Assembly: GCA_037447605.1 (NCBI GenBank)
Contig: CM074804.1
Location: forward strand, 6,053,909 to 6,117,908
Direction: 5' to 3'
DNA: 64,000 nt
Source: Zygnema circumcarinatum SAG 698-1b
Taxonomy: Eukaryota > Plantae > Zygnematophyceae
A model generated the notes under the pieces. That model was not told the origin of the DNA and did not search any database. It saw only the letters and a list, made by a program, of their open reading frames with translations. Made by a program: the position numbers and the translations under genes. Shown here one piece after another: positions 45,701-58,909 of the stretch (position 1 is its first letter; every line of letters starts with the position of its first letter).

Positions 45701-48700
45701 CAAGACAAATCAATTTGGAAAATTCTGCTTATGGCTGGAATGTGAGATGACCAGGATGCGCGTACTATACACGTGATCAACCAGATGCTGCATACAGAGA
45801 CTGCATAACCACCAGATGCTGGAGGGTGCTCGAATCTGCCACGTGAGACATCTGCTTCTCAAGCGCTGGTTCTATTTCAGGTAAACCACCCTTTCCTGGC
45901 AAAGCATCGTCTATCTCGCCTTCCCCTGGCCCGTCCAATGCAAGATAAGAGTTAAGAGAGTTGATCAGTTCATTGAAATGCTATGACTTGCTGGACTGAC
46001 GCAGTATTATGACATGGCATAGCTAATGCCAATGATGCTTGGATAAAAGTACACTAGCTGCAATTTACAAAGGTTACCACATTTTACACCGATAAAATCT
46101 GTTTTGAGCCTTCACTGAAAAACCGCCTTGGGAATTCAGGGTGGAATGAAGTCCCCAGATAGCCACATTCTTTTAACCGTCATGCTGCCGACCTCGGAGA
46201 ACTCCTTTTTCTATGCAACACTATCGTCAATGAGTCCAGAAAACTTTAAAATAGCCCTCACCCTCAGCATCATCATTCCTGGGCAGCAGATCTGTCGCCA
46301 ATGCCTCAAGTAGTTGTTTTGCCACTCCTGCAAAGCAAATAGCCTAACCATAACAATCCCCACAAGGTCCGAAGTTACTTTATCGTTAGCAAAACACCAT
46401 AACACTGGCCCCCTTTGATTGATGGCAATGGGCCCAATCACATGCCTAATCAAATGTCTCCTTGCTAAAAATGAGAACAGACGCTGTCATACAGATTCAA
46501 ACCCACAGCGCTCTAATTTATTTGTCCAGTTCAGGGGAAATGCTCTCGATGTCGAGGAAAATATCGCTCCAAGTTGACCAATCGCATGCTTATTCTAGAT
46601 TCCGTTAATGCACCATTTTTTGAACTATCAGTCGCAAAAGTGTAATGCAGTGCCCTTCCTTTCCTCCCATTAATTTAGTTTGGCTTGAGCAGACAGAGAA
46701 GTCATGGTTGCCCAGCTACATGGGTTTTGTACACATATGCGTTACGGCTACCTCTCCCTCGGATTTGTTGCCTGTTTTAATGGGCTCGAGGGTGCAAGAC
46801 GGCCTACTGTATGTGCCGTAGTACTGGGATGGGCTAACGCAGTGGAGGAGCCCGCAAGTACATTCCCCAGGAGGTACGCTTTTGATGGGGTGCTCGGTAT
46901 AACATGACTCGAAATTGCCGAGTCCAAATCAGCTGCAACTCCATTCAGAGACTCCACCATGTGGCTCCATATACGCGGGCTCTGAAGCAACATGGCATCC
47001 TCAGTTTTTCAACTCGTGTCCTCAGTGTCATGACAGAGGCATGCTTCTCTCAAAATCAGAATGTCCTCTCTCGAGTGACAAGACTTCATGGCCCACTAGC
47101 CTCATACCCTCCTAAAGCATCCAAGCTTCACCAGCTTGGCTTTTTACATGCATGTCTTGGAGTCCACTCAACTTACACAGAAATATAAGCGGTACGAAAA
47201 TCAATGACTTATGGCTCAGAGGTTGTAGAGTATTGGCAAACACACTGACCTGGAGAAATAAGGTACCGCGGTCCCAAAGAAAGGGGATTGAGCCCAGCTG
47301 TACTGACAATCGCAAATGCAGCGGAAGCTGAGTCTCGGCTATTCCCCCGTTGTTGCCTTGGACATCAAGATAGCGCACCACCAATAGATGCCCTACATAT
47401 TCTACCGCGCTTGGGAGCTGTGGTCTCTGCGCAACTCCACCTGAGGTAGCACTGACCTCCTGTGCACCCAAACGTGGGTTAGCAGCAAGGTCATGCAAAC
47501 AACCTCATAAACTCACTATCAGGTCTAGTGCAGCTTACTTCTCACCTGTAGAAGGAGCAAATCTCTCAGGACGGCAAACATGCGATGTTGAACCAAATAT
47601 TTGAGCAGCACAAAAGTCCATGCTTCTTTCGCAGTCAGCTCAACCAACGTTTCCAATAGAGTGGTCGCCAACCCACTGTGTGATTTCGGCGTCGGCCACG
47701 TTTGCAACAGCTCTGAACGCAACTCATGTCTGCAAAACACAATCACCTCCAGTTGCTCAAAGCCTGATGCGGAGTGGTCCAGCCACTGATAGTCAGTATA
47801 AGGCCTGTACAATAGATATCAAAGTCATGAATGCAAACGCTCCAAACTGAACCATGGCAAAAAGAGCCCGTATTGAAAGGTGTGCGCCCACCGATGGTGG
47901 TGAACAGACTGTAGACAAAGGAGAGCCAGCCGTTGCAGGCGACACAGCCAGAGCCTTTGCGACTCCACGGGCCACTTCTCATGCGCGTCTGCAAATTCTC
48001 CTCGACAGGGTTTAATTCCAGGATTTCAAATGAAAAATGATAGCCAATACAATTGGAGACCTTGGATCAAAAGGAACCTTTTTCGTGCCAAAACAACAGC
48101 AACATGTCGAGAAAGAATCCTGTTTCAACTCTTGATTCCACCTCCGTAAGGCATAGGGAATGCATCAGGACGATGGCGTAAGTGTCCTACCTGTGTTGTT
48201 AAATGAGGCAAGGAGGAGATTGCAAGCAGAAGCCAGACACTGGACATCTTCGGTTTTTGAAGGTCTCGTAAAAAAAATAAGTTGTAGAACAAAGTTCCTG
48301 TCTGTCCAAAATCCTTCGCTGCATATCACATGTTCAATCAATTGTTAACAAGCTATGAAGGACGTCATATTTAGGACACGAATATAAATTCTCTGCTCCT
48401 TTGCTTTTCACTTTAGTTAGCCTATCCTAATAAAAAACCGCACGCCCAAATGCTTCCATGACTTGGAATGTTGCAGAAAGGTGGGCAAATGAGGCTTCAT
48501 GAATTTGTATCTTACGAATTTGCTAACTCTCCGAATTCCCCGTATGAAGCTTGCCAATCTGCACGAATCCGAGACCGTTCCTTGGCCACCAGAGAGCGAC
48601 CTCTATAGAAGCTCTGGAGTGCTCGACAAGCAAGAGCCTCTGCAAAAACGGTCAGTAGCTTGATCGATTTTATTTAATTACTGCGCAAACTGCGCATAGT

Positions 48701-49011
48701 CCGCACTAGAGTTCTTTCTCTAGAGGGGAATCCCTTAACGTCAGCTAAAGGCTACCAAAAAACGACATAATAAAGGCTGCAGATTAAAGGAATCTGGAGG
48801 AGGAATGATCGACGATGTCATACGATACAAGACAGCTCGACTCATTCGCCCGTACCTGAATTCGCAAAGCGCTCTGATTCTCTAAACGGACTCGCTGACG
48901 CCTTTCTCTTTCCAACCGAGCCTGCTCAAGCACTTTCTGACGGTCTGGCTGTTTACTGCGGCCACTCAGGTCTACCTTTCTACGGCTGCTGGCGTCTCCT
49001 GAGAAAAACAT
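39769..49011 (-). CDS. UPL6: HECT E3 ubiquitin ligase of the UPL6 type; many exons
   Basis: N-terminus MFFSGDASSRRKVDLSGRS..LEQARLERERR..ALRIQ. HECT pieces LLYPNP..YFEFVGRILGK, ALYEGILVD, ELIPGGKDIPVT, FVTGCSRGPLLGF, RLPTSATCLNLLKLPPY, and KLLYAITAGAGFDLS*. Internal exons were not all resolved. Confidence 0.93.
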
Positions 49012-50736
49012 GGCCAGTAATTTGTTTTTTCTTTCAGAACATCTGCCAACAGGTTCCTAACAAGTAAAACAGCGAGCAGTAATTGCCGCTCCTTATAAAG
49101 CCAGCCTCCAAAACAGGAACACCTTTTCTAGCGCTCGGAAAAATAAAACATGGCACGACTTCCGCAAATCGCTGAGGGCCATGACAGAAACTCTGAACGA
49201 GGTCACGGCTGACATGCGAGCAAGCTGCTGCGCTGTGCTCGCTTCCGATCAGTGAAGGCGTCCCAAACTCCGGAGCTGAGCTCGCCAAGCCGAGTCGGCC
49301 GATTGGGACATGCGAGCGAGAAAATTGTGCCTCGTCGGAGCGGTTCCCACTGTCAATGATCGACGGATGGTGTGCAGGCGAGCAGGGCCGTCGACGTCGG
49401 CCTCTGCTCTTCCTAAAGCTTCGTCGCACTTTTTTGCTGTTGCCTTGCAGCGCGGTGTGATGAAAGGATGTGGCAGTGATCTCACGATGGCGATGATATC
49501 ATCAAATGCACATGGACAAAAAACATCATGGGCTCATGAGGGTGCACACCCTCCCCTCTCATGCTACTTCAGAACTTTCAAATGAAGAGCAGGCCATCAT
49601 GACTGGCTGTCTGGTTGAAAGTGGCGATTGTACAACCTCATTTTAGGATGTCCATTGGAAATCAGTCCTGAATACCATGTGGATTGCATGTCCATCTGCT
49701 GCTTGCATAGTTGCATGGACATCTACGCGTGCCAAACTGTACTGCTGATAGGAGAGACCACCAAAGTCGCAGAAACTTCGTGTAGTCCAGTGACAGCCTA
49801 CACAGGCTTGACACTGCTCCACTGCTCTTTAGAATTATGTGAGGCTAATGATGCAGTTCTCATGATTATGGTCCTAACAAAAACTGTTGATCCTGACTGG
49901 AGCTTTAATTTCGGCAGTGTAGAAACAAGTGTTTTCCAAATGTTTTCTTAGACTTCTCCAAGCGCCCCCCTAGATCTCTTTCATTCACGAGTCATGTCGT
50001 TAAAATCATGCTTTTTTTAGAGAGAGTTGTTCAAACACGGCAGTTTCCATCTTAAACAGGAACTGGCCACCTGCGGCTCCATCCTGGGATCAAACCTGAA
50101 CAAGAACAACATTGATTTGACACAAGCTGCATGTAAGCCATCCATTGATGCGGCCTTTCTATTGGACAGCTGTGTCCCGAAAAGGACTTCATCAAAGGCG
50201 ATCCACATTCAAACACAGACGGCTGCAGCGTTGTATAACTCGCTGAAGCCAGCTTTGGTTTAATCATGTAAACAGTTAACTACATTAAAGTGAAAAAGAA
50301 TAAGATGTACGTAAAGAGCCACACCTTCAACTCGGAAGTATCGCACATCTAGCTTTTGTAACGAGACTCGTATTTGCTCCAACACAGCTTCAACTGCTTC
50401 GGAAAAAAGAACTTGCTTAAAATCAATGTAAAACACTCGCATGCGCTTCAATGTGAACGATTCTAAGGTGCCATGTTAGCAATTACACAAACACACATTT
50501 TACATTGCAGATGCAGCTCAGTGACACTACTACCATGCTCGCTTGTTTTCTTGATGAATGAAGTGCAATTGGCTGAAAAAATCATCCTCGTTCGTCCCAC
50601 CTCGAGTTAATCTGCTCTCAAACATTTGTGTTCCACCACCAAAACTTGTGACTGGAACTGTTTCGAACAAAATAGCCGCAGGCTGCCATGAGCAAGTGAG
50701 AGCTCGTAGACACTGATGGCCACAACCGCCGGCAGC

Positions 50737-52845
50737 TCACCCACTTGAGCCTGCCGCTCCAGCCTGCTCGCCAGGCACTATCCGGACACCATGCTGCTCA
50801 TCCAGACACGGAAGGAGATACGGAGCTTCTCTTGCACCCGGATAGCCACCACCTGCCAAACATTGGCGCTTGTGGGGAGGGAAAATGCTGCAAGGCTCCG
50901 CAGAACGGCTGAGTTCACAAACAGGACGGCCATTCTTTTCATAGGGAATGGCAAATGTGGACGCTCCCTTGGATATAATATTCATCAAGTAAGGAGGCCT
51001 TCCTGATAATCCCGCTGCAATATAACCAAAAGTAGAGAAGTGTGTGGCGAGCAGATTGTCACAGAAGCTAAGCAAAAACATCTCAGTTAAAGCTCTCTGG
51101 TCCTGGTTGAAATCCTCGCGTTGGTTTTCCTCGTTGCTGTACGCATAGACGTCAACAAGTGAGCCATCAACAGCAGCACCATCTGTGTACAGAGAGCGAA
51201 AGTGAGCTGCTGTGCCTCCATGAAGCGAGGTAATGAAAAGAGTTATGCGTTGAGGGGAGTTTTGTTCTACCACTCTGCCAACGTCATTAGCATCGTCCTC
51301 AAAGCCGTTTCCCCACAGCAGTTGATCCCTCCACTTGGCTGGAGAAATTGCTGCAGGGGCAGCTTGGCTGATATTCCAGAGACAGGTATGAATGCGATCA
51401 AAGGCATAGCTGTCATTTGTTGCGAATGTTCGCACCTGGACGCCTATGCTTTTTTTAGATGATTGAAAATGGAGCGCGTAAATGCGTGTTATTCTCTCCC
51501 ATATGTAATTTACAGGATGCAAAAGATGGCGCGCAAGATGGGTAAACGGTGCTCTATCTGGAAATAGCTCTTCTAGGATTGCGCGAAACATAGGAATAAC
51601 GAAAAGTCCAGGCAAAAAATATTGCTCTGTGTTGATGGTCAACCACATCACTCTCCTGATCTGCAGCTGTATATGATCGCAGAAAAAATTATGGTCCTTC
51701 GGGGTCCACTGATATGAAAGATCAAACCAGGCGCGAGTAAGAGTTGATTCATCCGTTTCGAAGATTGTGGTTTGGGCCTTCCTCGTAAAGTTCGTCAAGA
51801 CCGCATCTCGTGAGACGTTCTGTGCTAAGTCATAAACATTCCATGGTAGAAACCATTGCGATCCTGGGAATGGCTTGCAAAGCATTGCTGCGAGAGACCA
51901 ATCCCCTACCAGTAACGCGCGACCTGTGAGAAGGGCATAGGCAAAGCTGGAAACCAACCCTTGAATCCGGTTGCCAAGCCCCGGTGTGCTATATTGATAG
52001 AGAAGAAATTGGCATCTGGGGCCCCATTGATGACTGCGGCGAAACTCATCAGAACCATTGCTGCGTTGAGAAAAAGAGAAGCTTGCGCCGGCCAGTGGCG
52101 GTTGCTCTTCTCCAAGGATGAGCGCCGTCCAATTCTGCACACCGGCTGTGCATGTGCGATGACGTTCTGCGTATGCAATCAGCAATTTGGCAAGCTTCCG
52201 CGAGGGCCTTCCTGCATCTAGCAGATAGTGCTTTTGTTCTCCACGGGACCAGCACTCATTGAACCGGGAGCGCTGCTGGTGCCTCTTGACCTTCCTGCGC
52301 ACTGTCGACTCTGAAAGCAGTTTCCTGGATCCACTTTTGGCTGCTGATACTTCCGGACCACCTTGTCTGTCAAACGATTCTGTATCTCGCAATGAATGCG
52401 GAAGTTGCCCATCATATTTCTTAAAAAAATATTTTGTTGCATTATGACGTCCTTTTCCTGAGGTTTGATGAGAAATCTCACTGCCAGCAAAGGGTTCGAC
52501 CTTCACTGACCGCCTTGCCGCATTCAACCGATCAAAAAACGGCTTCAACTCATCGCCCACACTATTGCCTTCATATCCTCGATCTACAGGACTCGAAGTA
52601 GCCTGATGGGGAACTAAAAGAGCGACGAGCAGCAATGCCAGGGGAAACATTTCTCTCATCCGGCCTCGCCTGACGACCAAGGACGCGCATGCCGTCCACC
52701 ATCGCAGGAGAGCAGAAGCGAGCCCGCAGGTTTGCCCGGCGCTGCGCATGCGGATGGCGTGGTATGGGTGCTGCTGCACAGCATGGCTTGCCTGCCTGCC
52801 TGCGCGCGGCGCCATCCATCCATGCATCCAGCGGCAGCCAGGCAT
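50737..52845 (-). CDS. GT37 xyloglucan-type alpha-1,2-fucosyltransferase-like protein; single exon (start codon uncertain, ATG at 52659 or upstream)
   Basis: Hydrophobic N-terminal segment; GLGNRIQGLVSSFAYALLTGRALLV, IGVQVR, ALTEMFLLSFCDNLLATHFSTFGYIAAGLSG, SAEPCSIFPP. Confidence 0.9.
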   Translation of the reverse strand: MPGCRWMHGWMAPRAGRQASHAVQQHPYHAIRMRSAGQTCGLASALLRWWTACASLVVRRGRMREMFPLALLLVALLVPHQATSSPVDRGYEGNSVGDELKPFFDRLNAARRSVKVEPFAGSEISHQTSGKGRHNATKYFFKKYDGQLPHSLRDTESFDRQGGPEVSAAKSGSRKLLSESTVRRKVKRHQQRSRFNECWSRGEQKHYLLDAGRPSRKLAKLLIAYAERHRTCTAGVQNWTALILGEEQPPLAGASFSFSQRSNGSDEFRRSHQWGPRCQFLLYQYSTPGLGNRIQGLVSSFAYALLTGRALLVGDWSLAAMLCKPFPGSQWFLPWNVYDLAQNVSRDAVLTNFTRKAQTTIFETDESTLTRAWFDLSYQWTPKDHNFFCDHIQLQIRRVMWLTINTEQYFLPGLFVIPMFRAILEELFPDRAPFTHLARHLLHPVNYIWERITRIYALHFQSSKKSIGVQVRTFATNDSYAFDRIHTCLWNISQAAPAAISPAKWRDQLLWGNGFEDDANDVGRVVEQNSPQRITLFITSLHGGTAAHFRSLYTDGAAVDGSLVDVYAYSNEENQREDFNQDQRALTEMFLLSFCDNLLATHFSTFGYIAAGLSGRPPYLMNIISKGASTFAIPYEKNGRPVCELSRSAEPCSIFPPHKRQCLAGGGYPGAREAPYLLPCLDEQHGVRIVPGEQAGAAGSSG

Positions 52846-53808
52846 CAGTGGTTTATGCCCCTTCCCTGTCGCTTTCGTGAATCGTGACGTGACTGACTGC
52901 CGTGCGTCCCGTCCGTCCGCTCATCAACCGTCTGCCCGTCTGTCGGTCTCATCACCGGCCGGGCGGGCGACCGAGCAGGACGTACGGACGGGCCGGTAGT
53001 CGACGGTACGGTACGGACCTCGCTCTCTTGGCGACTTTCTGCAACGGGAAGGGTGGAAGGAGCCCTGGAGGGTGACCCTCACGAGGCGCGGAGGTTGTTC
53101 GAACCTCCGAAACGGAATTTTTCCAACGGCGTGACTTCAACCGCCCGCTGTGCGAAGTTACAGCAGTAACTAAAACTGAACCAGGCCACGCCAGCAAGAT
53201 TTGAAGAAGTTGAACAAAGTCAGAGCATGAAAAACGCACCCGTCGTCGGTCGGACACGCCCTCTTGGCTTCGCGCTGCCGTGGATGATCGGTTGATTGTC
53301 CCTCGCTTGAGCCATCGAGAGCAATGCCTGCCGTTCTTCCCCCCCCCCCCCCCCCCCGATCCTCGCAGCTCCATCCGCCGCCCGCCCTTTTGAATGGCGT
53401 GCTCTGCTTTGCTCTCGCGGTTCAACATGGACGGACGGCACCGACCGACAGGGCAGCCCCCCCCCCGCCACCGCCAGACAGGGCAGCTTGAGAACGCGAC
53501 ACGTGTCGATGCAGCAGAAGCAGACCCAGAGCTGTACAAAAACGTCTCCGTACAGTACCGTACAGAACTACTATTTACGTATTTAAGGGAGGTCCCTTAC
53601 AAAAAGAGGCATGCCTCGGAATCGATGACGTCACTAAAGTATGGAATACGGATTCGTACCGTACGGCATGGTACCGTACACGTTTGGACACGTACGGAGA
53701 GGTACGGCATAGTACGGAAGTGCTCCAAAATCCTGACGAGGCTCGCGGCCCCGGCCGCACCCACCGCTTGCAGCCCCGCCCCGGGAGGAAGGAGGGAGGG
53801 AGTGCGAC

Positions 53809-56800
53809 ATGGTGGTCCTTGAAGGGCGCGCGTTCACCCTGAAGACGGCGGCAGCCCTGCTGCTGTGGCTCGGAGCGCTCCACCTGAACGCGTGCGTGCT
53901 GCTGCTTGGGGCGTTCAATCTTCCGCGTGTCTGGGCCGTCACGTGAGCTTCTTCTCGCCCTCCTGGCACCCTCGCAACAGGTCTGCAGGTATTAGGACAG
54001 CTTCTATTCCCAGATTTTTTTTTTTTCGTTTCTTGCAGAGAATAAAGAGCTGGTTAGAGTTGAAGAAGATGTGAACACCGAGGTTGTATTTTCAAATGGG
54101 CATCTTGGTCGAGTATTGGTAATCATAATGAGAAAATATGTTCTTTTACCGAGAACTGGAGCTTTTTGTGACAGGCTTTTGGTGGTATGGGCAAGTTTGA
54201 GCCTTGTTCCTATCCGTCGAGACAGTCCACTGGGCGAGTCAGTCGCGCGGTGAGCTTCCTGTAATATTTTTTCTCCTTTTGGTTCAACGTAGTGAGTCAA
54301 AAGTATACATTTTCTCGGTGAAACTTTGTACAGGCAAATGTTAAACATTCGAATGCTTTTGACCTTTTGAAAGAGAGGTGGTGTCCGGGGCTTTGTATTC
54401 CTGATAGATTCATCTACAAGCACGCCTCCGCTTATTTTCCAATCAACGTTGTCGTGGAGGATCTTTCAGCGTTCCAGAAGGACCAGGCGTATGGTAAGCA
54501 TTTTTCCTGCCTAAATTTTTGTCGTTGCCTCGTCAACCTTAAAAAATGCAGCCACACCCCCACACACAAACACATATATTCAGATACTTCATGAAAACTG
54601 CCTACATTGAATTTCACGAGGCTGGGCTCAAAAAAATAAAAGGCGAAATCTGCGCATGCTTTTCTAAAAGAAAATAGGTAGTGCAATAAGAATGGCTCAT
54701 AATTTGAGATTCTTTATCCGTGCATAGAAAACCAGAGACACAGAAGTGAAATTTAGTTTAAGAAACGACTATACTGAGCTTAGAAATTGCTAGGAGAAAA
54801 AATCGCGGTTTGTTTTGAGCCGCAACTGTGAACAAGATAAGGTGACACAGAAAAAAATTCACTTTGTGGCCATATATTGCGTTCTTGCCCGTATTTTTCT
54901 CCTTGAATACTATTGTGATTGATCGTCAATCTGGTGGGGAGCTAGATCTTAGCTTTGTGTAATGAAGCCATGCCACGTTGGCCTGTGTGCTTCCCAGCAG
55001 AGAGGAGCCGACTTCAAAGCGTTTGAGGGTTTTGTGGCTGCGAGGGGTTGCAGTTCTGGGAGTGGAGCCGCACTCGGTGCTGCCTCTGGGCTTGTTGGGC
55101 TTAACTAAGTTTTCTGGACATTTGCCAATGGAGAAGTCAAGTGCCATCGCCACTTCTATGGTGCGTACTTAAACCAGACTCCTAGAACTTGCCCGCCTGA
55201 GAACATAGAGTAACGGGTCTCTCGCCTCCTGGAAGTTCAGTTCCTGCGATGTGCTGTTCCCTCCGTCCCTCACTTGTTTGTATCTTCATTTATGCAGATT
55301 TTTTATGTGCCATTGTTAAGGCATGTGTGGAGCTGGCTTCACGCTGTACCTGCTGATCGAGCGTTGTTCAAGAAACTCCTTAGCGAGGACCATACCGTGG
55401 CCGTTATACCGGGTGGAGTCCAGGAATGCCTTTATATGAGGCCTGGGAAAGAGGTTTGTCTGTCGGTCATGCTGGCTGCTGCCCCATTGTTAATTTTCAT
55501 GGATACTTATTTTCGCTTTCGCAGACAGGCTGTACCTGCACTATTTCCTTGGTCTTCTCCCATGTTCGCTGAATCTCGCAAGTTTATTTGCGGATTGCAG
55601 TCATTTCCAATCCTACAATAGTTCGTAGGTAGACTTGAGCTTGGGGGATAAGTTACACGTTTTATTGGCTTATTCAGTTTTTCTGCAACTCGTGTATAGT
55701 AGTTGATGGTGCTATTCATGTTTTTGTTGCATAGATTTCCGAGTCTCTTGCTTATTAAGCTATGGAAGGCCACCAAACTATACATATGGTATGCTGGCTA
55801 TTCGTTTTTTTTATTTAACTTTATGCAACCTCGAACCAACCTGGTACCGACGAAATAACTTATGCCAGTTGTACGGTGCGATGCAAATCTCGGGAACAAG
55901 AATTGTAAGCCATTGTTCCGGAACTGGAGACTTCACTCCTCACATGATGTTTCATCGAAGAATAAAAGTCGACGAGAAGGAGGGCAGTGCATGTGGCCTT
56001 CTTGAAGAAACGTCTGGGATTTGTTCGCCTTGCAATGCAAGCTGGTGTTCCGCTGGTGCCCATATTCTGCTTTGGACAGGTTGGTCATTGTCTCTTTTCG
56101 TGCTTCATTGCGGTTCGCTGTTCCTTGACTTTCGGCATGCAACAACCAATCGCCGTGTGCCAGCTGGTGACTCCATTTGGCGTCGTGCTTTCTGTTCTTG
56201 GTGTTCTCTGGCGACATACAGACAGAGACATATCGTTGGTGGATGCCACGTGGCCAGTGGTACACTCAGATGTCTCGAGCAATCGGCTTTGCGCCGCTCG
56301 TGTTTTGGGGCGTGTGCGGGTGAGGCTGCAACGGTCCCCTCCTTCCATGCTTTTGTTGCTATTGCTGCATGTGTGGGTCGAGGAAATGGGGGCGCGTTCA
56401 TGTCTTTCCGGTACCTTAATAAGTATGGTTTCCCTGTGGACGAATCAGAACGATGCTGCCATTTCCAAAGCCAATGTACTTGGCTGTGGGCCTCCCTATT
56501 CAAGTGTGCAGAATTGCGGATCCCACTAGAGAGCAGGTGCGCTGTGCCTATAGCAGGGGAACACTGTGGTGCTGCACTGGGACCTGCCTCTTCGTTTTAA
56601 AGCTCTATTGGATAATGCTGTTTGAGGTGTACCAGTCTGTGTTTCGCCGTGGGATCAGAGTCTTCAAGACTAATGTGGCTGGCAGTTCAGTTATTCATAT
56701 TGTTTCAAAATGGCAGATCTAGTGTGAAAGTAGATCGGGGTCCTTAAATGTCACGGGTGGTTCTGAACATTCAACTTTTTATACTCTGTCAGATCCTCTT

Positions 56801-56944
56801 AGTAGTTATTGACCTGAACGTTAACTGCGAGGTGAATGGCAGGTGGAGGAGGTCCTAGCTCAATTCATTCGAGCTATGGAGGAACTGTTTGAGGAGCACA
56901 AGAGTAAAGCTGGCTATCCAGACCTTCAGCTTGAAATTCTGTGA
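53809..56944 (+). CDS. DGAT2: Diacylglycerol O-acyltransferase 2; multi-exon
   Basis: LWLGALHLN; KHASAYFP; EPHSVLP; [13 protein letters not shown]; PGGVQE; [23 protein letters not shown]; [18 protein letters not shown]. Confidence 0.94.
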
Positions 56945-58082
56945 GTCAGCATCCGATATTTTTTCGAGGCAAGCCCGTGGCGAGCCTGTTCCACATTCAA
57001 CCACATGTCTCACATTTCAGTCCAGACAACTGGTAGGACTCTTGCCATGCTCAAGCCATTGAACGACGGAGGCATGCCTGCCTTCAGACAGCATGTCACG
57101 AATAATTGAGGCGGACTCAAGGTTGCAGCATGGCACTAGCTCCTAACGCAGTGAGAGGAGAAGGGTCAGGGCACATCGTCAGGGTACTGTTCTGCGATGT
57201 AGCGCTAATTATGTCCTCCCATTGTTCACATCAGCAACCATTTCGAAACAGTTATTTTCAATCAACCCTACTCACTGTGCCAATGTACAATTTGACTCTG
57301 CTAACTGGTCTGTGAGAAGTGGATTGCGAGCAAGGCGGAGACATATCCTGCCTGTTTCTGAAGTGTTATAATCTATCGTACCTGGCCATGGCGGAGTATT
57401 CAGAAAGGGCAGTCCTTAGCTTTGGCAGCAGTCCCGCGACCAGGAAATGGACAAGTCTAACTGAGCAGATGTCCTGGCCATGTGGACTGGTCGACTGGGA
57501 GAGGAGCTCCTGCACTGAACTCCGCCGTCGAGAGGATGGCACTCCTCGGAAGTCTTCAAACCTGCTGTGCTCGGTACTGCGTTATTTTCTCTTGCAGCAC
57601 CGCTGCCAGGATTGGCTACCTCTGTCAACTGCCCAGCTGTTGCGGGTGCCAGAATGAAATTAGGTTTTTCTTACTCCATGTCAAGTGGTGATGAGCAGTG
57701 GATGTTCTCTCTCGGAAAAAACACAAGTATTTACTCTGCAAACGGAGCACACGTGTTGAATCTGACCATGGCCCACCTCACTCTTGACAGAAAGAAAAAA
57801 TCACGTTCGGTTGATCTACGTGTTTCGCACCAAAACCATTGTTCCGCGTGGGTTTAAAAGACAAGCATAGGCCACTAGTGTAGCCATAGGCCTAACGCGG
57901 TGCACATACTTCACACCATTGAATGCTCCATGGGGAACTTGTTCGGTATGAACTCTAAGCGTCTGATGGTGCGCTACTCATAAATTCTCGCACAGCTTTG
58001 TCACTTCAGCCAACTTTGCACCCTCTGCCAAACTCACATGGTACCTTTGCAGGATATGGCCCTTAGAACTCGACCCCCACAG

Positions 58083-58204
58083 CAGTGGCGGATCCAGCAT
58101 TTGTGTTCAAAGGGGGGCCTAAGCCCTCTTTCAGCAGAAAATGCAGAGGATAAAATAAAACAAGGTTGAAATTTCTAAACCTCGTATATGTAAGTCCTCT
58201 ACTG
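58083..58204. mobile_element. Small hAT-like MITE (122 bp) present only in duplicate copy 1
   Basis: Left end CAGTGGCGGATCC; right end reverse complement CAGTAGAGGAC; flanks CCCCACAG and CCCCACAC (7/8). Confidence 0.5.
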
Positions 58205-58909
58205 CCCCACACGAGCCACACCTTCACACCCTAGTACTGTACACTGCATCCAGCAAGTCGTCCTCAGGCCCGGCCTGAAGGACACCTTCGGCCCCCCATT
58301 CATGGGCGATCTTCCCGTGCAGATAGCCCAATCCCAGCCCGGGCGAGATGCGGCCCCATGCAAATCTCGGTCCGAACGCGCCGCCGCCGGGGCGATTGGG
58401 CCCAACGCGGCGCGGCGCTGACGTCAGCAGATGGGCAACGCAAGGCGCCGATTCCTCGCGGGCATCGCGTGACGTTCAATTCTACCGACCGTATGGTTTA
58501 TTGTAACGGAACAGTCGCCGGCTACATAGAATGGCAACCGCCAACGGCTGGTCGCCAAGTGGCCGATCGCGACGGGGCACCACTCGCGCGGCTCCAAACG
58601 GTCACCCGGCTGCCCGCCGGCCTCCCATTGGCTGAATGTCGCGTTGGTTGCAAACGGGCAGCCCGTAAAAACAACAAACTTTCGCGCCGGTCCCATCCGC
58701 GGCCGCTTCCCGCCCTCTTGGCGGTCCCCTCCGGTAGCATCCTTAGTCTCCTGACTGAACCGAGCGAGCCAGCGCCTGAAGGAGGAAGGTCTCTCGTCCT
58801 CGCCTGCAAGGCGCCTGCTGCCTGCGTGCCTTCCTGTCTGCCTGCTAGCCGCCCGAAAATCCTTTGCCTTGCAGCCAGCCGCGGCTAGAATTATCGGCGC
58901 GTTTGACGG

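Noticed and set aside
53540-53720. Possible MITE in the FUT/DGAT2 intergenic region
   Set aside because: Only a 9-bp inverted match and no TSD; kept as a GTAC cluster only.
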